From Chiloscyllium plagiosum (lineage: Eukaryota), in contig NC_057719.1 in the NCBI RefSeq assembly GCF_004010195.1, forward strand, positions 37,118,287-37,182,286: 64,000 nucleotides of DNA, given 5' to 3'. The notes under the pieces are model-generated. The model did not search any database and was not told the origin of the DNA. It saw nothing but the letters and a program-made list of their open reading frames with translations. Made by a program: the position numbers and the translations under genes. Within the stretch, counting starts at the first letter, position 1. Each line of letters starts with the position of its first letter. Positions 51,421 to 64,000 of this stretch are shown here, piece after piece.

Positions 51421-52929
51421 CTCAAGCTTATTGGTCGTGGTCTCTTGCTCATTTTATTAATTATAATTCACAGAGCTGACCAAAGGTTATTCAAAATTTG
51501 AAATAACAACAAAGAACGTTTGAAAAACTCAACAGGTCAGAAAACAATTAATATTTCAGGTTGAACTGAAGAAGGATAGAAATATTTAATTTAAGCTCGG
51601 AGAAGGAAGGGGAACTCATGTAGAATGAAGGGGAGGATCTGTGACAGGGTAAAGGCCAAGGTGATTGTGCCTGAGAATCCACACTGAAGTTGAAGTATGT
51701 GAAAGTATGTTATATTGGCTGCCATCAGATCTGTCAATGGCCAGGCAGATTATTTCGCACAATCTGTACTTCTCTGCTCATTGTATATGAAATAGAGATG
51801 GCGTATGAGTTGCTTTATAATGTGAGATGGCACCATCTTCTCACTGCTACCTCACACTCACAAGGGCACCACTCAGTCCATCTCTGCCACTGTACAGGCA
51901 TCTCATGAAAACCCATTGCCTGCAAGCAGAGGGATCAAACGCTCGATATGCACTCAAGCGCTCACACCCTCCTCATCCTCTCAAACTACTCAATCCTTCC
52001 TGGCTCTGTGCTTTCTACCCACTCACTGGGGATACCTCACCACCTCACATCGTTCTGCATGCTCACAAACTGCTGTTGCACTCATTCCCATCATACTCAA
52101 TCCTTCTGTATCTCTCACTGCAGGCAAATTTGGCCCATAACCAGGCAGAGGGAGGTGGATGGTTAGACTGGCAGGGAGTGCTGGATATCAAAATCCTCTG
52201 CCACTTTAAAAAAGTCAAGCTGCTGGGGAAAGAACAGAACTGTTCCTGTGGGGACAGTTAGGCACCAGGTGGGCCAGCTACTTTGCACTTGATCCTTCTT
52301 GGATGTGCAAAATAGCAAAAACATTGCACTGCTTAAACAATTCTGTATCCTCAGCAACCAATTCTTTCTCTGCTAATTAAGCGCGAGTGACATGCATGTT
52401 GGAACAGACTACAGCCTGCGTCCTTCTGCATCAGCACCATTTTTGAAGAAGAAACCTGGTCAAGCCTCAGAGGATATACCACGAGGTATCCACCCACACC
52501 CTCCACCAAAACAGAGACTGTCACCTTGGTGTGTTCCTTAGTTACTGTAGATTCGAAGATAAAAATTGAGTCAGCACCTCGCAGATATGCATTCATAACT
52601 GATGGAGAAAGGAATGCCAGAGGACTCTGATGCTCACAGAATGGCCGGAGATTAGGCACCTTTTACAGAAGATGTGCCTCTGTAGGTGGCCATAATTGTC
52701 ATGCTCAACCTGCTGAGAGGGAGCAGGAGAATATCAAGCAGGGGAGAGAGTGACATCATAGTAGTGTCTCTGGACCAAACCTGCAGGAGCCCAGGGAGAT
52801 TTAAATGCCATCACAGCAGCTGATGGAATTTGAATTCAATTAGAAAATCTGGAATATATAGTTAATTTCAGTAATCTCATTCTTGAACTGGTTCAGGCAC
52901 CTAGCCTCCATGCAGAATCCACAGGTTGA

Positions 52930-53115
52930 CTACCCTCCGAGTGGAAATATTTTCTCATTTCAGTCGTAAATGCTTTACCATGTATCCTCTGGTTATGACC
53001 CCTGGTTTTAAACTCTGCAGCCAGTGAAATGTTCTCCCTGCATCTGTTCTGTCCAGCTCTGTTAGAATTTTATATGTTTCAATCAGATTCCCTCTCATTC
53101 TTCTAAACCTTGAGG
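52930..53115 (-). mobile_element. CR1 3' fragment
   Basis: FRRMRGNLIETYKILTELDRTDAGR in ORF 52955. Confidence 0.8.
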
Positions 53116-53464
53116 GGTTGAATGGTCTACTGCTTCTCCCATTTCTTATGTTTGTATGCAAATGCATGTTTATGGGCTTATTGGCACCTGCTGTGAAAAA
53201 GACCATCTTAAGAGATAAGACTTAATTTTTATTTGATGGCAAGAAACTGATCATGCTTGCCATTATTCTCACTACCTCAGAGAGTGAGAAATCTGCAGAA
53301 GATGTACAACAAAAGACTTCATAACACAAAGCCAAAGAGAGTGACAGTGGACATAGTAATGAAAACAAAGGTTGTGTTGAAGTATGATGCAAATTATTGA
53401 ATTAAAGCCATCTGAAACCAACATGAAAGGATAAGGAAAGAAACCCTTAACACTTACTCCATAA

Positions 53465-53630
53465 CTAGAGCAAAATACTGTGAACATTGGAAACCTGAAT
53501 CAAACAGAATGCTGCAGAAACACGGCAAGTCTGAGTTTAAACTGTATTCTGAAGAAGAACTCAAAACGTGACTGTTGTTTCTCTCTCCACAGACACTACC
53601 AGATTTGCTGAGTTTCTCTAGCATTCTTTA
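53465..53630. mobile_element. Decayed fold-back PLE pLTR fragment
   Basis: ctgaagaagaactcaaaacgtg core remnant, with tail-like arms on both sides. Confidence 0.5.
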
Positions 53631-55669
53631 ACTTGAATGTTGTCTAAAAAAAAGAACAAAAATTAATTCTCATTGGAACACAATTATCTCACAAGTAAAA
53701 TATTTACTTCAACAAATGGAAAAAAAGGAGACAAAACTAAGGCAACAACAACACTTTGATACAGCCCTGCAGACAAATACAATGCATGCATTGCTAATCA
53801 GAGATGACAACTGCAAATTGGTACTCAGTAGTGATCTAGGGGCATTTGTTGTAATCAACTCACTCAGATATATTATGTCACAACTCCAGTGCAAGTAGGA
53901 CTTGAGGCCAAAGATAAGAACACTATTACTATGCCATAAGAGCCTTCCAGTGGCAATATCTAATTTTGAAAGCAGGCCAACTACAACCTTGTATAGCCGA
54001 GACATCAGCTTCATAACTGCAAACCTACTTTGGTGTTAATGTCTCATTGCAGGAGAGAGGGTTTTAGATAGATACACTGTGTTTGACTATTAATCAATAA
54101 TATAATCTTTGTGAAGGAAACAAAAATGGATGCCAAGAAGGATAGAGAAACTATATGTGTCCCTTCGGGCAACAAAGACAAAACCTCAATGGGACATGTA
54201 TAGAAAATATAAACTGAGAAAATATTTTTCTCGACTAGCTACAAAAATTAAAGAGAGGTGCACAAAAATAGCTGAGCTGGACTAAACCCAACATTAGAAA
54301 TGCTAAAATTGTAGATCAGAAGATGAAACAACAATTGTGGTAGTAATGGCAACATCTATTTCAGTATTTTAGCAGGCAGACAAGAGAACAATATAATTGG
54401 TTCTTTGAATGACTTGCCAAGATACATTAGGTATGACAAAAAGGAAATGGCTGATGAGCTAAAATAGAGATATTATTTTATTTGCTTGCATTTCTGAACA
54501 TACATTGTGTCACAATTACAGATAAGGCATTTATTTAAAATTACTTCAGGGAAAGTGACTGTGAAAATACTGTTAGCCAAGACTGATGATCAGACAACTA
54601 ATACTGCAGCAGGAACTGATGTAATTTACCCTAGACTGCTTTAAGAAACAGACAGTCATGCTGTGAGTCAATGGCTTATGTCTTAAATAACTCATTGTAT
54701 CCAGGAATTTCTGTGAATTAAATAATGGCTATAAATAACCATCTACACGGGAAGGAATGAAACAAACCTGGCAATCATAAGAATAATTTTTTCAAGGATA
54801 CATGTTTGGATCCAATGCAAGAGACGGACATTTAAGAAACACAGGGCCTGAATCACCATTATTTGAGTTCTGATGAATAACCACAACAGTAGTTGAAAGT
54901 AATAACTATGTTAATCATAACCTCTTCTCCTGGTGGCATTATGGTCACCTCCATTGCTCTTTATTTTGAATTCAAATAGAAGATCAGACAATTGGATACA
55001 AATCGGTGAAGAAAGGAAGGTGACCATGATGTTACCAGACCTTTGAACTCTGAATTAGAATTGATTACCTTGGAGTGAAGAGCAAGCATACAGGATATTA
55101 GACAATATTTTAAAAATAATCAATGCATTGAATACAATCTGGCAAAATACATTAGTTGAACTGAAGAGGAGCAGTAAGATTGCATGTTATTCCTGTAAAA
55201 TCCATATACAACAGTTAAAGCAGATATGAGAAAATAATGGCTTAAGTTTTTCCGTTTCCAGATAATCAGAGATGAGACAACTGTCCTGGCACACATGTTG
55301 CTAATACTTAGAAAGTTTAAACTCTGGTGAACTGATTTCTGCTTCCGAAGAATATCTGTGAAAATCTGTGAAAATACTGTGCTCAGTTTCGGAAACTTGG
55401 AGCAGGTAGACAAGAATTATCTACGTAGCCTGGACATTTTTAAACCTGGTTCTGAGTAGCCTGCATAATTAAACTAAGCAGCAGACCCAATGATCTGCCT
55501 AACCAGTTGAATACAACTTGACTAGCTGGCTACCCAACCTGATCATTTTAGCCAATCATCCAACTCCATCCCAGAACACCCAACTAACATCATCCAAGCC
55601 GCCCAATGTTGCTGAAATACCCTGTAATCAGCCAACAAACTAACTCAACTATAATCTCTGACCACCCAA

Positions 55670-57250
55670 ATAAGGCAGAGACAACATGGTTTTCTGAAAG
55701 GGAAATCATGTTTGATCAGTTAGTTGGAGTTCTATGAGGATGCAACACTTCTTATGGATAAAGGAATCCCAGTGGATGTACTGTACCTAGACTTCCACAA
55801 GGCACTTGTGGTTAATTTGTCAACAATATTTGTCCTCAAAGGTTACTACAAAAATATAAACTAATGGCATATTGGTAACATATTGGCATGGATAGAAGTT
55901 TGGTGGCTAACAGGAAGCAGAGACTTGGTTTTCAAGTTGGTAAGATGCAAGAGTGGTGTACTACAATGGTCAGTGCTGGGCCCTCAAATATTTACAACTT
56001 ATATAAGTGATTTAGATGAAGGGACAGAAGACATGGTTGCCAATTTTGCTATTAACACAAGAACAGGAGGGAAATTAAATTGTGAAGAGAACACAAAGAG
56101 ACTACACCAAGATATTGATAGGTTAAGTGAGTGGGCAAAGATGTGACAAATGGAGTATAATGTGGGAAAATGTGAAATTGTCAATTTTAGCAGCTTTCAG
56201 TTCAGATGGATCTGGATGTCCTCCTATGTGAATAATAAAAGGTTAGGTGCAGTACAAAATTAGATCGGTTAACAGAATGTTAAATTTGTCACAAGGGGAC
56301 CTGAATACAAAAGAAGGGAGATTATGCTTGAGTTATGTACAGAGCAATGGTCAATTGCATCTGGATTACTGTTTGCACTAATTGGGTGTATTTTTTTAAA
56401 ATTAATTCACAGGAAGCCAGACCAGCATTTATTGCAGAGGACAGTTAAGAGTCAACCACATTTCTGTGGGTCTGGGATCACCTGTAGTCCAGATCAGGTA
56501 AGGATGACAGTTTCCTTCCCTAATAGATATTTATGAACCAGATGGATTTTTCCAACCTTCAACAATGGATTCAAGATCATTACTAATCTCTTAATTCCAG
56601 ATTCTTATTGGATTCAAATTCCACCATCTGTCATGTTAGAATTCGAACTTGGGTCCGCAGAACATTTCTTGGGCCTCTGGGCTAACAGTCCAGCGATAAC
56701 GCCACTAGGACATCACCTCCCTTATTTAGGGAAAAATGTAAACACATTAGAGGCAGTTCAAAAAAACATTGGACAAACTAATACCTGGTAAGAGCAAACA
56801 GTTTTATGATGGAAGATTGGACAGGTTAGGCTTTTATCTGCTGGAGTTCAGAAGAGTAAAAGGTGACTTGATTAAAACAATTAAAACCTGAAATGTCTTG
56901 ACAGGGTAGTAGCAAAATATGGTTCCTCTTATGGGAGAATCTACAACAAAGGGCTAATGTTCCAAAAATCAGGGTCACCTCTAAAAAAAAAACGAGATTA
57001 TTTTCTTTCTCTCAGAACGCCATGAGTTTATGAAACCCTCTTCCTGTAACGGTGATGACAGCAGAGGTCTTGAATATTATTAAGGCTAGTAGATAGATTC
57101 TTGTTAATCAAAAGGTGAACAGGGTTAGGAATCAGGGGTAGGCAGAAATGGAGACTGGAGGTGACTACCAAATCGCCTGTCATCCTATTGAATAGTGAAG
57201 CCGACTTAAAAGGGCTGATTGGCCTATTCCTGCTTCTGTTTCAATTGTTT
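55670..57250 (+). mobile_element. Old CR1 RT fragment with nested antisense SINE (56395-56720)
   Basis: VDVLYLDFHKAL, GVLQWSVLGPQIF, DIDRLSEWAK. The SINE matches 35520-35815. Confidence 0.85.
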
Positions 57251-57533
57251 GTGTAGATATAACTGGTTCCCCCAACCCAAATACACCCCCACACTCCAAT
57301 CCATTATCTAACTCACCCATTCAATAACTAATTCACTAGCCCACTTTCATTCATTAAAACACTTGAGACTTTCAGATATTTAAACTCTATACAGCAGGTA
57401 CTGTGTAAGAAGGGAGTATGTCTGCTCCCCACCCTGACTCTCCCACAATTACTGATCTTAAGCAAGAAAGGATTCACTCGTCCATTTTTATATTTCGGAC
57501 AGAATTTGAAAACGGTTCAGAAAACTTCACTGG

Positions 57534-57845
57534 TAGATTAGATTAGGTTCCCTACAATGTGGAAACAGGCCCTTCAGCCCAACCATTCCACACCGACCCT
57601 CCAAAGAGTAACCCATCCAGACCCATTTCCCTCTGACTAATGCACTTAACACTATGGGCAATTTAGCACGGCCAATTCACCTGACCTGCACATCTTTGGA
57701 CTGTGGGAGGAAACCAGAGCACCCAGAGGATACCCATGCAGACTCCGGGAGAATGTGCAAACTCCACACAGACAGTCACCCGAGGCTGTAATTGAACCTG
57801 GGACCCTGGTGCTGTGAGGCAGCAGTGCTAACCACTGACCGCCCT
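57534..57845 (-). mobile_element. HE1-type V-SINE
   Basis: Reverse complement of head, V-domain and (aatct)n tail. Confidence 0.9.
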
Positions 57846-59888
57846 AGTGGTGGGTAGTGGCAACGAGGTGACAATTGCTGCTGACCAGAAGATCAGCACC
57901 ATTATTTTCATACTGGGGACTTAGCTTATGATAAAATTAATTCATGGAAACTGGTGAATCTGGAACTGAAACAGACAGTTAAAATGGAAATGAATGTGTT
58001 TGTGGGAAGAGGGCATTAACAATTACAGGAAATAAGTGACTAGTTAGTTTGGCTCTTAATGCTGCAAGACTACCTCCAATCTCCAGGAGTCTTGTCAATT
58101 GCATTAGGAATTTTCCGGAGCTATTCCCTGAATAACCACAAACTTTTCTTTTCTACATTTGGCTCTCTGAACAGAAAGCATTGTTGAGAACATGAGGATA
58201 GTGAATATGGCCACACCTTTCATTAGTCCTCTTTTGCTTGTATGTTGACACTACACAAACTAGCAATAATCATATTTCTACTCCTACCTTGAGCAAATTT
58301 CACACCCTCTGTAACTGCTTTCCACAAACAAAAATTCTGACTATAAAACCCTTTGAGATATTTCAAGGTCACAAAGCCCTGATGATACAAATTTGTTATT
58401 TTTCTTTCTAGACAAATTCGCCAATTATCAACAACAGTATTTGAAGTATAATATTACAGCTACAATGAAAAGTTGAATGTCATTTTACATGGCAAGACAT
58501 TACATTGAATAAATGACTTAACGGAAAGAATATAAAGCAAGAAATAAGAACAGGCCGTTCAATCCATCTGTAGTGTTCCTAGCTACAGTCATTGTCCAGG
58601 GACAATCTAGATAACTATGGACAAAACTATAATTACTTTATCTCCCTTTGAAAAGTTCCACAATTGCTGTGGTACTTTGCTGTGAATATCTCAGAAATGT
58701 GGCTGCCAGGGGGATCAGGGCTGGGAACTGAGTATCCAAGGAAACACATACTATTAAGAGGACAGGCAGATAGCAAAGAGGTGTGCTTACCTTATTAGTA
58801 AGAAGTGAAATTAAATCAATAGCAAGAAGCAATATAGCGTCAGAAGGCATAGAATCTGCGTGGGTAGACTTGAGGAACTCCAAAGGTAAAATAGGGAAGA
58901 AATTCAGTCAGGAGATAGAATTGGCATGTAACAAAGGCAGTATTACAATATCATGGGGGACTTCAATGTAGTCTGGGAAATCAAGTTGTTAGTCGATGTC
59001 AAGAAAAGGAATTTGTGAAATGTCTATGAGAGGTTTTATTTGAAGCAGCTTGTAGTATAGCCCACTAGGGAACAGGCAATTCTCAGTTTAGTGATGTGTA
59101 ATGTGGCACACTTGATTAGGAAACTGAAAGTGAAGGAACGTTTAGGGACCAGTGATCATAATATGATAGAATTCATCCTGCAGTTTGAGAGGGAGATGAT
59201 TGAATCAGATGTAACAATATTACAATTAAGTAAAAGTATCTACAAAGACATGGGGAAGGAGCTGGCCAGAGCTGACTGGAAGAGAGCCTAGCAGGGAAGA
59301 CATTGGCACTGTAGCAGCAGGAATCTCTGGGGTAATTTGGGAGGCAGAGCAGAAATTCAACCAATGGGAGAAGAAACAAGCTAAGGGAGAAGAAGGCAAC
59401 TATAGCTGATAAGGGGAATTAGGGACAGCATAAAAAAACAAAAGAAAAAAACATACAGTGGGAAGCCAGAGGATTTGGAAGCCTTTAAAAACCTGCAGAG
59501 GTTAACAAAAAGACAAAAAAATTGGGAGGAAGTGAAATATGATGGTACGCTAGCTTGTAATATAAAAGAAGATTGCAAGAATTTTTTAAATATCTAAAAG
59601 ATAAGAGAGAGGCAAGAATCAACATTAAACCACTGAAAAATGAGGCTGGAGAAATTATAATAGAACACAAAGAAATAGTGGAGATTTTGTAGAAGAACTG
59701 AATGAGTACTTTATATAAATCTTTACACTGAAAGATACAAGCAACATTCCAGAACTTCAGAGAGTCAGGGGCAGAGGTAAATGCAGTGGCCATCACAAAG
59801 GAGAAGATGCTGGGGAAGCTGAAAGGTCTGGGGTGGATAAATCAACCAGACCCCACAGTTCTAAAGGATAGCTGAAAGGATTGTGAAG

Positions 59889-59982
59889 TAGACAAGCAGG
59901 AGGCTGGAAGAGCACAGCAAGCCAGGCAGCATCGGGGGTTGGAGAAGTCGTCGTTTTGGGTGTAACCCTTCTTCAGGACTGG
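59889..59982 (-). mobile_element. PLE pLTR mini-insertion in CR1
   Basis: Minus strand agtc-CUGAAGA-A-GGGU(UAC)ACCC-AAAA-CG-AC-gact. The core is mutated at two positions. Confidence 0.7.
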
Positions 59983-60960
59983 GAAGGCATTGATAGTGAT
60001 CTTTCAGGAATCACTGGAGTCAGGGAGGGTGCCAGAGTATTATGGCTAATGTTACAGCCCTGTCTATGAAAGGATGGAAGCAGAAGACCGGAAACTACAG
60101 GCCAGTTAGCCTGACTTCATTTGTTGGTAAAACTTTAGAGTCCATTATTAAGGAAGAGACTGCTGAGCACGTGACAGTGCCTGGTAAAATAGGACAGTCA
60201 GCATGGATTTGTTAAGAAGAAGTCATGCCTGACAAATTTGTTAGAATTTTTTTGAGTAGGTAACAAGCAAGTTAACAAAGGAGAATCAGTGGATGTGGTT
60301 AATTTGGATTTCTGGAAGATCTTTGAAAAGGTCCCGCACAGAGGGCTGCGAAATAAGACTCCATAGTGTCCAGAGCAAGGTACTGGCATAGATGGAGGAT
60401 TGGCTGACTGGCAGAAGGCAGAGAGTAAGGATAAAGGGGTCTTTCTCAGGACGGTGGCTGGTGATTAGTGGAGTCCCGCAGGGGTCCTTGTTGGGAGCAC
60501 AATGATTCATGTGATACATTAAGGATCCGGACAAAGAAAGTGAGGGTATTGTTGCGAAATTGCAGATAATAAATATTAAGTGGAGGGACAGGGCAGGCTG
60601 CAGAAGGACTTGGGTGCACCGGGGAGTGCGGGCAAAGAATTGGCAGATGGAATACAATGTGGGAAAGTGTGAGGTTATCACTTTGGTGGAAAGAGTAGAG
60701 GTATTAACTATTTTCTAAATGGGGGAAGGCTGCAGAAATCTGAAATACAAAGGATCTTGGGAGTTCTAGTTCAGGATTCTCTTAAGGTTAACATGCAGGT
60801 TCAGTTAGCAGTTAGGAAGCAAATGCAATGTTAGCATTCATTTCAAGAGGCTGTGAATACAAGAGCAGAGATGTACTGCTGAGGGTGTATAAGGCTCTGC
60901 ATTTGGAAGATTGTGGGCAGTTTTGGGCCTTTTATCTAAGGAAGGATTTACTGGCTTTAG

Positions 60961-61570
60961 AGAGTCAGAGTCATACAGCATGATCCAACTAGTCTCTGTG
61001 GACCAAATTCCCAAACCAAACTAGTCCCACTTGCCTGCATTTGGCCCATATCCTTGTAAACCTTTCCTATTCATGTACTTATCCAAATGTCTTTTAAATA
61101 TTGTAACTGTACCTCCATCCATACTTCCTCTAGCAGTTTATTCCACATACGGACCAGTCTCTAGGTAAAAAAGTTACTCATGTCCTTTTTAAATCTTTCC
61201 TCTCTCACCTGAAAAATATGCACCCTAGTTTGGAGCTCCCCCATCCTAAGGAAAATACCTTTACTATTCACCTTATCTATGCCCCTCATGATTTTATAAA
61301 TCTTTATAAAGGTCACCCCTCAACTACCTGCACTCCAGTGAGAAAAGTCCCAGCCTATTCAAAGTATCTTTATAACTCAGACCCTCCATTCTCAGTCCTA
61401 GTCTATCCAGCCTTTCTTTATAGTTCAAACCTTCCATACAAGGCAACATTCTGGTCAATCTTCTCTGATCCTTCTTCAATTTAATAATATCCTTCCAGTC
61501 CACAGTATTCCAGAAGAGGCCTCACCAATGTCCTGTACAACCTCAACATGACATCCAAACTTTTATACTT
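60961..61570 (-). mobile_element. HER1/CR1 3' fragment nested in CR1
   Basis: Homologous to 16240-16840. The host sequence resumes at gagggggtccag. Confidence 0.85.
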
Positions 61571-62726
61571 GAGGGGGTCCAGAGAAGGTTTATGAGCGTG
61601 ATCCCAGGAATGAAGAGTTTGTTACACGAAGGGCAGTTGAGGATTCTGGGTCTGTATTTGATGCAGTTTAGAAGGCTGAGAAAGGATCGGATTGAAACTT
61701 ACAGAATACTGAAGGGCCTGGATAGAGTGTATATGTTTCTGGTAGGAGGAAAGACTTGCATTCAAGGGCACAGCCTCACAGTGAAGGGATGGCCTTTTTG
61801 AATTGAGATGAGGAGGAATATCTTCAGCCAGAGGTTGGTTAATCTGTGGAACTCATTGCCACAGTAGGGTGTGGAGTCCAAGTCAGATGAGTATAATTAA
61901 GACAGAGATGGATAAGTTCTTGATGAGTCATGTGATCAGGTGAAGAAGGCAGGAGAATGAGATGGAGAAACATATCAACTGTGATCAAATCTTGGAACAG
62001 ACTCAATGAGCCGAATGACCTAATTCTGCTCTTATAAATTGCAGTTTTATGGTCTAATTGAATTCTGACCAGTAAGTATAGCAAAAATATGGAGGGTGAA
62101 AATATTTTAACTCTCCTGGAATCTAGGTGACTCCCCCAGCTTCAGACTTAGAGTATATTTATGCTTTTTACACAAGTGCACACTTCAGTTTTATGATACA
62201 GTACTTGACATCTACAATGTTTCCAATTCACAAGAATGCTAATGCCAACCAATTTGCACTCTCCTCCTGTGCAGTATAATTGTGGTGTTACTTTGGAGTG
62301 TCATTCTTGCCAATTGACCCGATGAAAAGCTTCGACAAAGTGTGCTTTTTGTTTTAAGCGATGCCCAAGTTCTGTAAAATCAAACAACATTTTTTCCAAT
62401 ATTGACAAGGCCCAGTTACTGCTCCTCTCTTAACCAGACAATAGTTATGTGGTAAGGGGAAAGCTTTAAAAAGGAAAGAGGCGACACTAAAAATAACAAC
62501 ACTGTGAACAAACAGGCACTTCTTTAAACTACAGTGATTATAATAAAATCGTGTCGAGGTTTTATGCCACCTAAATTAGAAAGGGTGAAAATAGGATCAT
62601 GTGTCTTTCATATGCATACTTAATTTCTAGAGATTGTACAACCAGTTTAGCCTATATAGTTATACAGTAATTGAATTATAGTCTGTATTGGTCCTCTACG
62701 ACTAGCACCATAGTGCTGGTAGTAGA

Positions 62727-63062
62727 GGCCGGGTGGCACAGTGGTTAGCACTGTTGCCTCACAGCGCCAAGGACCTTGGTTCAATTCTAGCCTCAGGTGA
62801 CAATCTATGTGGAGTTTGCACATTCTCCCCATGTCTGCGTGGGTTTCCTCCAGTTGCTCTGATGTCCTCCCGCAATCCCAATATGTGCAGATTAGGTGAA
62901 TTGGCCATGCTAAATTGTTCGTGGTGTTCAGGAATGTGTAGGTTGGGTGCATTAGTCAGGGGTAAATGTAGGGGAATGGGTCTGGGTAGGTCACTCTTTG
63001 GAGGTTTGGTGTGGACTTGTTGGACTGAAGGGCCTTTTCCCACACTTCAGGGATTCTGTGAT
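62727..63062 (+). mobile_element. HE1-type V-SINE
   Basis: tRNA-like head, V-domain and tail. Confidence 0.9.
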
Positions 63063-63079
63063 TTTACCACTCCGATGTC

Positions 63080-63945
63080 TTCTTACACCACTCTGCATAT
63101 CTTTGTCTTTGGATGTTTATCCAATTCTCTTTAGAAAGCCACAATGGAATTCTGCTCTAGCATCCTCCCAGGCAGTGATTCCATATCATAACTACACATA
63201 CTGCATTAAAAAAAATTGTATTGCTATCACCTCTAAGTCATTGCTAATCTCCTTAAATGTCTGTCCTTGAGTTCTTGTCTGAAAGGGTACAGTTTCTCAT
63301 CCATTCTTTCTCTGCTCTTCATGATTTTGAGCATTTTTATCAAATATTCTCTAAATCTTCTCTACTCTAAGGTCAACAACACTTGTGTTTATTGTGAGCA
63401 AAATGGAATAATGAAGGACAGAAGTTTTACTGCAGCTATACATGCCCTTGGTGAACTCGCAGCTGTGTTCAGTTTTGGTCTATTATTTGAGAAAAGAATA
63501 TAATTACTTTAGAAGCAGTTAAGAGAATGTTCACTTAATCTATTCTTGGGATGAAGGCCTTGTCTTACAAGGAAAACTTGAACATACTGGGCCTACATCC
63601 TTTGAAGTTTAGAGAAATGAGAGGTAATTTTGCTGAAACATATGATCCTGAGGTGACCTGAAAGCATGGATATGAATGCAATGATTTCTTTTAATGGGGA
63701 GGCTAGAACTAGGAGACATAAGTTAAGAATAAATTGTGTCCTCTTTCACATGGAGATGAGGTTTTCTTTCCCTCAAAGAGCTCTTAGTCTGCAGACATTT
63801 CTTCAGAAAGTAGTGGAGGCTAGTCATTGAATTCAGTTGAGGCAAAGTTTTGATCGAAAAGAAAATCAAGGGTTATGGGTGCAAGTAGGAAAGTGGAAAT
63901 GTCAAGACAATAATCAAATCAGCCACAGTCTTATTGAATAGTGAG
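63080..63945. mobile_element. Old CR1 fragments (- 63080-63375; + 63440-63945)
   Basis: tttgaagtttagagaaatgagaggtaattttgctgaaacatat and related CR1 motifs. Confidence 0.65.
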
Positions 63946-64000
63946 TACACAAACAGGAGACTGGAAGAACACATCGTGCCAGGCAGCATCAGGAGGTGGA
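63946..64000 (-). mobile_element. Start of another PLE pLTR tail (continues beyond the window)
   Basis: Matches 59889-59945 and 26940-26995. Confidence 0.65.

Larger units (their letters stand above)
58660..62050 (+). mobile_element. Long decayed CR1 ORF2 (AP endonuclease plus RT) with two nested insertions
   Basis: ESAWVDLRN, IMGDFN (atcatgggggacttcaat), LGTSDHNMIEF, GNYRPVSLTS, GVPQGSLLG, and a 3'UTR ending near 62050. Confidence 0.9.

Overview
Eukaryotic, AT-rich, repeat-dense genomic DNA with one scaffold gap (43071-43607). The repeat set (HE1-type tRNA-derived V-SINEs, HER1/CR1 LINEs sharing their 3' tail, a Deu-domain SINE, Rex1, Penelope-like elements) points to a shark or other elasmobranch; this rests on my recognition of the families, not on a search. 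I found no intact protein-coding gene, rRNA, true tRNA or CRISPR array. Nearly all ORFs in the track are decayed retroelement frames or chance ORFs, so the window is probably intronic or intergenic. The strongest signal is a system of Penelope-like element (PLE) derivatives. About ten minimal type-I hammerhead ribozyme motifs from several unrelated sequence families show helix covariation. Many lie in 75-220 bp fold-back or truncated mini-insertions with 12-16 bp target-site duplications (TSDs), and their 5' breakpoints cluster just upstream of the ribozyme core. Also present: an inverted GIY-YIG PLE, a decayed Vingi/Ingi-like LINE, a SINE with a perfect 31-bp 5' fold-back, a triplicated LTR-like unit and a few weak exon candidates. 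Family names and consensus comparisons come from memory and need Dfam/Repbase confirmation. Boundaries of old repeats are approximate.
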